Of a stretch of 36,440 nucleotides of DNA, positions 1-10,931 are shown one piece after another; position 1 is the first letter of the stretch; each line of letters starts with the position of its first letter. The notes beneath the pieces were generated by a model that did not search any database, was not told where the DNA came from, and was given only the letters and a program-made list of their open reading frames with translations. Origin of the DNA: Verrucomicrobiota bacterium (GTDB lineage: Bacteria > Verrucomicrobiota > Verrucomicrobiia > Limisphaerales > AV2); assembly GCA_003219345.1 (NCBI GenBank), contig QHOP01000368.1, forward strand, positions 1-36,440, written 5' to 3'. A program made the position numbers and the translations under genes.

Positions 1-2367
<2,367 letters not shown>

Positions 2368-2513
2368 CCTTCTCCCTTTCATGGTGGTTGGTGTGCTCGA
2401 CTCAGTTGGACAACTCCTCGAAATCGGGATTGCGAATTGGCGGCCGGTTCGCCAACTGAGATCGGGCCAACGCCTCGTTCGGGTGTCAATTTTGCGAACA
2501 AAAGTGTCCTGGA

Positions 2514-2616
2514 ATCGTTCTTGCTGATTGTGACCCGGTAAAATTCTCAAAATCAGCGATGAGCATCGTTCTTGCTGATTGTGACCCGGTAAAATTTCTC
2601 AAAATCAGCAATGAGC
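2514..2616 (+). repeat. Tandem direct duplication (51 bp + 52 bp) covering the translation start of the downstream gene
   Basis: 2514-2564 ATCGTTCTTGCTGATTGTGACCCGGTAAAATTCTCAAAATCAGCGATGAGC versus 2565-2616, which has one extra T and one G>A change. Each unit ends in ATGAGC and contains the inverted repeat GCTGATT...AATCAGC. Confidence 0.9.
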
Positions 2617-5600
2617 TACAAGTTAAGCGGACTTTTTGTCGCAAGCGTCCTGTTCTGTTTCCCCGCGGCTTTGCAAGCAGGCCAAAGTCCTGTCATCACT
2701 ACCCAGCCACTAAGCCAGACTGCCGTGGCGGGCAGCAGCGCCACGTTCACCGTTGCCGCGACAGGCACGGCCCCGCTTGGCCTTCAATGGAAGTTCAATG
2801 GCGCAAATCTCTCCGGCGCGACGAATCTGACGCTGAGGCTCGACAATGTTCAGCCTGCGCAAGCGGGAACGTATTCTGTGCGGGTCAGCAATCCGTACGG
2901 TTCGGCGCAAAGCAGCAGCGCGCAATTGACCGTCAACGTGCCCGCGCTTATCACCAACCAGCCCATGAGCGTGGCGACGGCCGCCGGTGCAACGGTCACT
3001 TTCGCCGCGGGAGCGTCCGGTACGGCTCCGATATTTTATCAATGGCGTTATAACGGCACCCCGCTCGCCGGCGCGACGAAGTCCACCCTGACGCTGACCA
3101 ACGTCGATATCATCAACAGCGGCGATTATTCGGTTGTGGCCAGCAACATGGCCGGCGCCGATACCAGCATCACGGCAAAATTGGACGTGACGCGCAAGCT
3201 TCGCCAGAGGTGGGTCGGCCGCTACAACGGTTCGGCCAACGGCGTCGATACGGCCACCGCGACGGCAGTCGATGCCCAGGGCAACGTCTTTGTGACCGGC
3301 TACGCGCAGGAGCAGGGAAATGGGCTCGACTACGTCACGCTAAAATACAATTCCGCCGGCGTCCTGTTGTGGCGGGCCGCTTACAACCGCCCGGCGGACC
3401 AGGACGACCAGGCAACGGCGCTGGCGCTGGACAGCGCCGGCAACGTGTATGTCACGGGAGCCTCCCGAGGTTCGAGCAGCGGTTGGGATTACGCGACGCT
3501 TAAATATGACAGCAATGGCAACCGATTGTGGGTGGCGCGTTACAACGGCGCCGGACAGGACGACGCGGCGGCAGCTCTAGCGGTGGATGCGAGCGGGAAC
3601 GTTTACGTGACCGGCTCCTCCAAAAACTCCAGCGGCCATTTCACTTCTGTGACGATCAAGTACGATCATAACGGCAGCCAGGCCTGGCTTTCACGCTACG
3701 TCGGCCCGGGCAACAGTGATGATGAGGGGCAAGCCCTGGCGCTGGACGCCGCGGGCAACGTCTATGTAACCGCCAGGTCGAAAGGCAACGGCACCGACTT
3801 CGATTACGCCACGATCAAGTATGGCAACAACGGCGCGCAATTGTGGGCGGCCCGTTACAATGGTCCGGGCAATGGTCCCGACTCGCCCACGAAGGTGGCG
3901 GTAGATAATGTCGGCAATGTCTATGTGGCAGGGTCTTCGAAAGGCAGGAACTCGGACTTGGATTACGCCACTTTGAAGTATGACTCCAGTGGCAGACAAT
4001 TATGGGCGGCGCGTTACAACGGCCCGCTCAATCAGGCCGACCAGGCCGCCGGCCTGGCCGTGGACGGCTCGGGCAACGTTTTCGTCACCGGCGCTTCCAA
4101 AGGCAGCAACGGGTATTTCGGTTATGCCACCTTGAAATACAGCTCGGCGGGCGCGCAGCTTTGGGTGCAGCGCTACGACAGTCCCGCCAACTTCGACCAG
4201 GTTGGGGCCGCACTCGTGCTCGACAACGCAGGTAATGTTTATGTCACCGGCGGGTCCGGCATCACCATCTCATCCTCTTCCTCGTCCGGAGGCGGCGGAC
4301 TCCTGGGCGGACTGCTCGGCGGACTCCTCGGAATCGTAGAAGGACTTTTGAACGGTGTATTGAATATTCTCGGCCTGGGCAACGCGCCCGATCAATCGGA
4401 TTTCGTCACGATCAAATATCAGAATGCTGACGGGGCGCAAACCTGGATTGCGCGCTACGATGGTCCTGCCCATGACGGCGATGCGCCCATGGCCCTCGCA
4501 CTGGACAGCCAGCAGAATGTCTATGTCGCCGGTCCATCCAAAGGTTCCGGCACCGACTATGATTACGCGGTTGTTAAATATTTCCAGCCCCAGCCTCCGG
4601 TGATTGTGACGCAGCCCGCCAGCCAAAATGTCAACGCGGCGACCACCGTCGTGTTCACTGTCGTTGCTCAAGGCACCGCACCCCTCCTCTACCAATGGCG
4701 GCTGAACGGCGTCAATCTTCCCGGCGCGACGAACGATACTCTGACGCTCACTAATGTCCGGCCCCAGGATGCCGGCTCGTACCAGGTGACCGTCGTCAAT
4801 GATGCCGATGCCGTGGACAGCGACGTGGCTGTCCTGACGGTGGTCACTCCAACCTTCCCGTTTGCGGATAATTTCGCGGATCGAACCTTGGTTTTCACAT
4901 TGAACGGCCAGGGCCGGGGTAACAACTGCGGCGCGGCGCGCGAAGCCGGCGAGCCGAAACACGCCGGCAAAACAGGCGGCAAATCGGTTTGGCTGACGTG
5001 GCGCGCTCCCGCCAGCGGCATCGTCACCCTGACGACTGCCGGCAGCGGTTTCGATACGCTGCTCGCCGTTTATACGGGAACGAATCTCAACGCGCTCACG
5101 CTGGTCGCCAGCGACGATGACCGCGGCGGCTTTTTGACCAGCCAGGTTACCTTCAACGCGCAGGTGGGCGTCGATTATCAGATCGCGGTTGATGGCCTGA
5201 ACGGCGCTTGCGGGGACATCCTATTGAGCTGGGTCATGGAGATCACCACGGATCGAGTCCCGGTCATTACCTCCATGTCAGGCGGGCAAACCGTAGGGAT
5301 GGGGGAGGATGTGACTTTCGCCGTGAGCGTGGACACGTCGCCGGTTGCTTTTCAATGGTATCTGAACGGAGGACTTGTCCCGGATGCACAGTCGAACGTC
5401 CTCACCGTGACCAACGTGCAACCTGAGAATGTCGGGCTTTATTATGTTCGGGTAATGACCGGGACACGGGAAATTTATTCTCAGCCGAGTTACCTCCAGA
5501 TTAATCGCACGGATAATACTGTGAACCGCAACGCCCTGGCCGTGGATAAATTGAGCGATCTGATGGGTCTGCCGCCGGCAGGAAGCCTGTCCGTTCAGAA

Positions 5601-6978
5601 AGCTGGCGGCCGGGCGAAATCATCCGTAAGCCTTTCGCGCGGCTACTCCGGGACCCAGATCTTCAACACCTATAGCGGTACCACTCAAGCCGGCGAGCCC
5701 ATGAACTGCGGCGCCCCTGGTGGTGCTTCATCGTGGTTTGCTTACCAGGCGCCCGTGGGTGGCACCCTGTACATCAACACCGACGGCAGCGGTTTCGATA
5801 CAACTCTTGGCGTTTACGAAGGCAACGGCAACGATTTCTCCAGTCTAGTCTGCGTTGCTTGCGATAACGACAGCGGCGCCAACGGCAAAACCAGCGCCGT
5901 CCGTTTCCCGGCGACGGCAGGGGTTACTTATTACATCTCGGTGGATGGAGTGAACGGCGCCAGCGGACGCGTCGAACTCAATTACAACCTGGGCGATCCG
6001 CCGGTAATTTTGGCCGCGCCGCCAACGCAATATGCGGACACCGGCGACACCCTGACTTTTGCCGTGAGCGTCGCGGGAACAGCGCCCATGGCCTGCCAAT
6101 GGAGTTTTAACGGCACCCCGCTCGCCGGCGCGACCAACACCATGTTGTCCCTGGGCAACGTGCAGGCAAGCGACGCTGGAACTTACTCCGTCTCAATCAG
6201 CAATCTGATCAACGTCGTGAACACGTCCGTCCCTTTATACCTCAATTCACCGACCCTCACAATCACTGCTCAGCCGCAAAGCCAGACCATTTCTGATGGC
6301 GCCAGCGCCTCCTTCAGCGTGGGCGCCGCCGGCAGCGGAACTTTGACTTACCAATGGCAATTCGATGGCACTCCTATCGCGGGCGCCACCAACGCGACCT
6401 TGAGTCTCTCCGCAGTCCACACCGACCAGGGCGGAACTTATTCCGTCCGTGTCACTGACGCTAACGGCCCGCGATGCGCTTGTGCCACGCTGACCGTTTC
6501 TCCCATGCCGGCCATCCTTCGAGATCCGGTCAGCCAAACTGTCGCGACGGGCCAACCGCTGACATTGAACGCGGCCACAGCCGGTTCGCCCATACTGCGA
6601 CACCAATGGCAGCGCAACCATCTGGATATTGCCGATGCCACCAATTCAACCCTGACAATTCCCAGCTTCCAATCTGGCGATGAAGGCGACTATCGCATCG
6701 TAGTCGTGAACAGCTTCGGTTCCGTTGTTAGCGCCGATGCTCGGGTCATGACAGGCTCGGTCCCGCGCCTGAACTCCGCGGTAAGAAGGCTGGATAGCTC
6801 CTTTCAATTCCAGTTTATTGGCCTCGCGAACATCGACTATGTCGTGCAAAGCTCGACGAACCTTGTGGACTGGCAAACCCTGGGCGGCGTGACTTCAACC
6901 AACGGGTACATCGATTTCGTGGATACGGCTGCGACCAATTTTAATACCCGCTATTACCGCGGGCTACAGTCGCAGTAA
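2611..6978 (+). CDS. Large secreted/surface protein: signal peptide, 7 Ig-like domains, 8-repeat SBBP-type beta-propeller, 2 PPC-like beta-sandwich domains, C-terminal STxL..W/YYR domain
   Basis: Signal peptide ending ALQA. Ig repeats P.I..QP.SQT...G...TF.V.A.GT.P..YQW..NG. Eight W..RY.G....D....LA.D..GNVYVTG...DY.T.KY repeats. Two GEP....GG.S.W...AP..G......T.GSGFDT.L.VY.G domains. Tail YVVQSSTNLVDW...TRYYR. Confidence 0.85.
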   Translation: MSYKLSGLFVASVLFCFPAALQAGQSPVITTQPLSQTAVAGSSATFTVAATGTAPLGLQWKFNGANLSGATNLTLRLDNVQPAQAGTYSVRVSNPYGSAQSSSAQLTVNVPALITNQPMSVATAAGATVTFAAGASGTAPIFYQWRYNGTPLAGATKSTLTLTNVDIINSGDYSVVASNMAGADTSITAKLDVTRKLRQRWVGRYNGSANGVDTATATAVDAQGNVFVTGYAQEQGNGLDYVTLKYNSAGVLLWRAAYNRPADQDDQATALALDSAGNVYVTGASRGSSSGWDYATLKYDSNGNRLWVARYNGAGQDDAAAALAVDASGNVYVTGSSKNSSGHFTSVTIKYDHNGSQAWLSRYVGPGNSDDEGQALALDAAGNVYVTARSKGNGTDFDYATIKYGNNGAQLWAARYNGPGNGPDSPTKVAVDNVGNVYVAGSSKGRNSDLDYATLKYDSSGRQLWAARYNGPLNQADQAAGLAVDGSGNVFVTGASKGSNGYFGYATLKYSSAGAQLWVQRYDSPANFDQVGAALVLDNAGNVYVTGGSGITISSSSSSGGGGLLGGLLGGLLGIVEGLLNGVLNILGLGNAPDQSDFVTIKYQNADGAQTWIARYDGPAHDGDAPMALALDSQQNVYVAGPSKGSGTDYDYAVVKYFQPQPPVIVTQPASQNVNAATTVVFTVVAQGTAPLLYQWRLNGVNLPGATNDTLTLTNVRPQDAGSYQVTVVNDADAVDSDVAVLTVVTPTFPFADNFADRTLVFTLNGQGRGNNCGAAREAGEPKHAGKTGGKSVWLTWRAPASGIVTLTTAGSGFDTLLAVYTGTNLNALTLVASDDDRGGFLTSQVTFNAQVGVDYQIAVDGLNGACGDILLSWVMEITTDRVPVITSMSGGQTVGMGEDVTFAVSVDTSPVAFQWYLNGGLVPDAQSNVLTVTNVQPENVGLYYVRVMTGTREIYSQPSYLQINRTDNTVNRNALAVDKLSDLMGLPPAGSLSVQKAGGRAKSSVSLSRGYSGTQIFNTYSGTTQAGEPMNCGAPGGASSWFAYQAPVGGTLYINTDGSGFDTTLGVYEGNGNDFSSLVCVACDNDSGANGKTSAVRFPATAGVTYYISVDGVNGASGRVELNYNLGDPPVILAAPPTQYADTGDTLTFAVSVAGTAPMACQWSFNGTPLAGATNTMLSLGNVQASDAGTYSVSISNLINVVNTSVPLYLNSPTLTITAQPQSQTISDGASASFSVGAAGSGTLTYQWQFDGTPIAGATNATLSLSAVHTDQGGTYSVRVTDANGPRCACATLTVSPMPAILRDPVSQTVATGQPLTLNAATAGSPILRHQWQRNHLDIADATNSTLTIPSFQSGDEGDYRIVVVNSFGSVVSADARVMTGSVPRLNSAVRRLDSSFQFQFIGLANIDYVVQSSTNLVDWQTLGGVTSTNGYIDFVDTAATNFNTRYYRGLQSQ

Positions 6979-7255
6979 GACTGAGACGGTCTTCAGCCCT
7001 TTGGGGAAACGCCTTATCGCCGGCCGATTGACCAAAGAGAGTTGGGAGAAGCAGGCGCAAGAGTTGGTGGAGGCCGGTTCCGGATCTTGGACCTCCGTCC
7101 GTGCGGGATTTGGATTTGGATTGCTTCATTTAGGAAAGCCTCGGCACGCGCGACCGGACGGAAGCCATGTCGTTGCTGAATGCCCGCAATGAAAACCGAA
7201 AGCGGTTCGCGCAAGAAGCGCCCGGTCATAGCAGCAAGGCAGTTCAGTTTTCTTC

Positions 7256-10200
7256 TTACTGCTTATTCAGGCGGTAGAAGCGGTTTTGGGCGGGAACGAT
7301 GTCCTCCGAATAGCCCGGGGCTGGCGCTGGCGTAAGGGTCGTCCACGGGCCGAGGACGGCAGGCGCCCATTGGAGATTCCCGGTACCGGACCAGTTGAGT
7401 GTCACCTTGCCATTACTAACAACAGGAGGCAGGAACCGGGGCGGCAGCGCGGAGGCGTCGTTAAGCCGGACATAGTCGATGCCCATCCAATTGCCGCCAC
7501 CGTTGGCGCTGTAGTCGATGCCTCTAAGAGTCACGATGTTATCAGGGCCGAGACCGACCTGGGCATTCACACTGGCCAGAGTGAACTGCGGGGTTGTGTA
7601 GGCCACACCCAATTGATTAGTGCGAATGAGGACCTGGGACTGGACCAGAACGCCATTGACATAGACCTCGACTCCGTAGCGGGGATCGGTAATCACATCA
7701 CTCGGGTCCTCCAAACTAAGCGCGTCAAAGGTGACCGATAACACGTTGGTGGGTTTTAGCGTGTCTGGAAGGTTGAAGTGATAACGCTGCTCACTGTCGG
7801 CGCCGGCGAAAGCGCGCTCGGCGGCTTCTTCGTTGCGGGGCACCAGGCCGACCGGCGTGTAAGCGCCGTATTGGGTGATGACACTTGCGATGGCATTCGT
7901 ATAAACGCCGGCGAAGTAGTAATCATTGTCCGCTTGCTGATTCAGCTCATGGCTGAACGCGCTTCCCGGCAGGTCGTTGAGAACCCCATTCTCCTGCACA
8001 AAAGTGGCGTTGGTTCCCCCCCCGTCACCTACAGGCCATCCGTCATCATCGAGGCCGACGGCCCAGGGGAACACCGGCGTCGGAAAGGGATCAAGGTGGA
8101 CATAGTCGATGCCCATCCACTGGCCGCCACCGTCCGCGCTGTGATTGATGCCTTTAAGGGTCACGATGTTATCGAAGCCAGGGCCAACCTCAGCGTTCAC
8201 ACTGGCCAAAGTGAATGGATCGGTCGTGAAATCCTTATCGATGTCAGCAGGGTGGATGACGATTTCTGGCTGGACCAGAACGCTATTGAAATAGACTTCG
8301 ATGCCATACTGGGGATCGGCTCCACCGGTGTCCAAATTGAACATGTCATAAGTGACCAGGAGTCGGTCAGTGGGTCTTAGCGTGCTTGGAAGGTTGAAGT
8401 GGTAGCGCTTAGTATTGTCATCGCCGGCGAAGGCGCGTTCGGCGGCCTCTTCGTTGGCCAGCACTGTGCCGACCGGCACGTAGTCGCCGTATTCGGCGAC
8501 GACGCTGGCAATGACATTCGTATAAACGCCAGCGAAGTAGTAGTCATCGTCCGCTCGTTGATCGGCCTCCGGGCTGTTTGGATTTCCGGGCGGCGGGTTG
8601 ACGCCAGCTTCCTGCACAAAAGTAGCGTTCGCTCCCCCACCGTTGCCCGCCGGCTGCGCGTTATCATCCCTGCCGACTGACCACGGGAACGGCGGAGGCA
8701 ATACCGGGTTAAGCTGGACATAGTCGATTCCCATGGAATTGCCGCCACCATTGGCGCTGAAGCTGATGCCTTTCAGAGTCAGGATATTATCAAATCCGGG
8801 ACCAACCTGTGCATTCACACTGGCCACCGTGAATGCCGGCGTGCTATAAGTAACGCCTAATTCAGCAGTGTGAATGATAACCTCAGACATGACCTTCACG
8901 CCATTGACATAGACTTCAACTCCCCAGCGGGGATCCGCTGCGCTTGTATCCAGACTAAGCGCGTCGAAACTGGCAGACAGTTTGTCAGTGGGTTGCAAGC
9001 TGCTTGGAAGGTTGAAGTGATAACGCTGTTCAGTGTCACCCACGGACAAGGCTCCCTCGGCGGCCTCTTCATTGGCTGGAACAGGTCCGACTGGCTCGTA
9101 AGTGCCGTTGCCAGGAATCACAGTCGAATAAACGCCCGCCAGGTAATAATCATTGTCCGCTTGTAGGTTAACCTCGGGGCTGGTCGGGCTTCCCGGCAGC
9201 GGGTTGAGGACGCCATTCTCCTGCACAAAAGTAGCGCTGGCTCCTCCACCATTTCCGACAGTCCAAGCGTTGTCGTTCTGGCCAACAGCCCAAGGCAGCA
9301 CGGGCGGCGGAACCGGTCGGGCCACCGGGTTAAGCTGGACGTAGTCAAGGCCCATCGAATTGCCGCCACCTTCGGCGCTGTGGTTAATGCCTCTTATGGT
9401 TACGATGTTATCGAAACCCGAACCAACCTGTGCATTCACGCTGGCCAGGCTGAACTGCGGCGTCGTGATGGGTTTATTCGTCTGAGCAGGGCGGATGAGG
9501 ACCTCCGGCTGGACTCGCACGCTGTTGAAATAGACTTCCACGCCGTAGCGCGGATCCGCCGCGGTGGTATCCAAATTGAGCGCGTCGAAGGTGACCGCCA
9601 TCAGGTCCGTGGGCGTCAGTGTGTTTGGAAGATTGAAGTGATAGCGCAGTTCGGTGTTACCGCCAGTGAGGGCGCGTTCGGCGGCCTCTTCATTGACCGA
9701 AACCGTACCGACTGGGGTGTAGTTGCCGTTATTGGTGATGACGGTCGTATAAGAGCCGGCGAAATAGTAATCATTGTCAGCTTGTCCATCAACCTCCGGG
9801 CTGTTCGGAACTCCCGGCAGCGGGTTGGTAACTCCATTTTCCTGCACAAAGGTGGTGTTGGTTCCCCCACCGTTACCCACCGGCCATCCATTATCATCGA
9901 GGCCAACCGCCCAAGGGAACACCGGCGGCGGGATTCGTTCGGTCTCTTGATTAAGCTGGACATAGTCGATACCCATCCAATTACCACCACCATCATTGTT
10001 GTAATTGATGCCTCGCAGGCTCACGATGTTATCAAAGCCAGGACCAACCCCTGCGTTCACACTCGCCAGAGTGAATTGCGGGGTCGTGTAATCCTTATCC
10101 AATTGAGCAGAACGGATGAGTATCTCAGACTGGACCAGCACACCATTGACATAGACTTCAATCCCGTAGCGGGTATCCGCCTGGCCTCCTTGCAAATTGT

Positions 10201-10645
10201 TCGCGTCAAAGGTGACCGATAGCAGGTCATTGGTCTTTAGGGTGCTTGGAAGGTTGAAGTGATAGCGCAGATCATTGTCGGCAGCGGCGAACGCGCGCTC
10301 GGCAGCCTCTTCATCGACCGAAACCACACCGACTGGCGTGTAATCGCCATATTCCGGCCTGGCGGTGACGCTGGGGATGACGGTCGTATAAACGCCCGCG
10401 AAGTAGTAATCATTGTCCGCCCCTTGAGGAACCGAGGTACTATCGGGACTTCCCGGCAGCGGGTTAATCGCTCCATTTTCCTGTACGAAGCTGGTGTTGG
10501 CTCCTCCACCGGTACCCATAGGCCAGCCGTTATCGTCGAGGCCGACCGTCCATAAGAGTTGCGCCTGAGCGGTGAAGATCGTTGAGAACAGAAGGCACCA
10601 AAGCACAATGGTACCACGGGAACCCTTTCTGATGTGCATGCACAT
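7256..10645 (-). CDS. Secreted protein built from five tandem ~205-aa beta-rich (CBM-like) repeats plus a short C-terminal domain; no catalytic domain evident
   Basis: Signal peptide ending AQA-Q. Five units start W[TAS]VG.[DN]D and end [WS]MG[IL]DYV.L, each with AD[ND]DYY[FL]AG, EEAAE.A, RYHFNLP and GVEVY.N-type motifs, joined by Pro-rich linkers. Tail LQWAPAVLGPW...RFYRL. Confidence 0.8.
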   Translation of the reverse strand: MCMHIRKGSRGTIVLWCLLFSTIFTAQAQLLWTVGLDDNGWPMGTGGGANTSFVQENGAINPLPGSPDSTSVPQGADNDYYFAGVYTTVIPSVTARPEYGDYTPVGVVSVDEEAAERAFAAADNDLRYHFNLPSTLKTNDLLSVTFDANNLQGGQADTRYGIEVYVNGVLVQSEILIRSAQLDKDYTTPQFTLASVNAGVGPGFDNIVSLRGINYNNDGGGNWMGIDYVQLNQETERIPPPVFPWAVGLDDNGWPVGNGGGTNTTFVQENGVTNPLPGVPNSPEVDGQADNDYYFAGSYTTVITNNGNYTPVGTVSVNEEAAERALTGGNTELRYHFNLPNTLTPTDLMAVTFDALNLDTTAADPRYGVEVYFNSVRVQPEVLIRPAQTNKPITTPQFSLASVNAQVGSGFDNIVTIRGINHSAEGGGNSMGLDYVQLNPVARPVPPPVLPWAVGQNDNAWTVGNGGGASATFVQENGVLNPLPGSPTSPEVNLQADNDYYLAGVYSTVIPGNGTYEPVGPVPANEEAAEGALSVGDTEQRYHFNLPSSLQPTDKLSASFDALSLDTSAADPRWGVEVYVNGVKVMSEVIIHTAELGVTYSTPAFTVASVNAQVGPGFDNILTLKGISFSANGGGNSMGIDYVQLNPVLPPPFPWSVGRDDNAQPAGNGGGANATFVQEAGVNPPPGNPNSPEADQRADDDYYFAGVYTNVIASVVAEYGDYVPVGTVLANEEAAERAFAGDDNTKRYHFNLPSTLRPTDRLLVTYDMFNLDTGGADPQYGIEVYFNSVLVQPEIVIHPADIDKDFTTDPFTLASVNAEVGPGFDNIVTLKGINHSADGGGQWMGIDYVHLDPFPTPVFPWAVGLDDDGWPVGDGGGTNATFVQENGVLNDLPGSAFSHELNQQADNDYYFAGVYTNAIASVITQYGAYTPVGLVPRNEEAAERAFAGADSEQRYHFNLPDTLKPTNVLSVTFDALSLEDPSDVITDPRYGVEVYVNGVLVQSQVLIRTNQLGVAYTTPQFTLASVNAQVGLGPDNIVTLRGIDYSANGGGNWMGIDYVRLNDASALPPRFLPPVVSNGKVTLNWSGTGNLQWAPAVLGPWTTLTPAPAPGYSEDIVPAQNRFYRLNKQ

Positions 10646-10702
10646 TTCTTTGCAGAATTCTCAAACGCCGTCAAACAAAAAAAATCAGATAAATGCAAAA
10701 AG

Positions 10703-10863
10703 GGGCGCATCTTCCACTACCACCTATCGAGTCCGCTCTTCAAGATTTCCGAAGACCCCTCACCCTATCCCTCTCCCCCTCCGATGGGGAGAGGGTGGCC
10801 TTCAGGCCGGGTGAGGGGAATACGTGGTCACATCGACTTGGTGGTGGTGCCCGACATGCGCCC
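10703..10863. mobile_element. MITE-like element with terminal inverted repeats enclosing a REP-like hairpin
   Basis: GGGCGCAT (10703-10710) pairs with ATGCGCCC (10856-10863). Inner imperfect IRs CACTACCAC/GTGGTGGTG and TCGA. It lies in the intergenic region between two divergent genes. Confidence 0.55.
10756..10818. repeat. REP-like palindromic element, family A, copy 1
   Basis: CCCCTCACCC..CCCTCTCCCC-CTCCGAT-GGGGAGAGGG-TGGCCTTCAGGCC-GGGTGAGGGG forms nested stems. Near-identical to 25152-25210 and to the reverse complement of 18278-18345. Confidence 0.9.
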
Positions 10864-10931
10864 TGATTCATCGGACCCTCTGAAATTTTCTCGACGCACA
10901 TCGGGCGGACATACATGTTACTTGAGCCGCC

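Noticed and set aside
7001-7229. Small ORFs between the two convergent secreted-protein genes
   Set aside because: No convincing RBS, motif or coding signature.
7460-10552. Long repeats as the template/variable pair of a diversity-generating retroelement
   Set aside because: The repeats are whole protein domains diverged at all base types, and no reverse transcriptase is present in the window.
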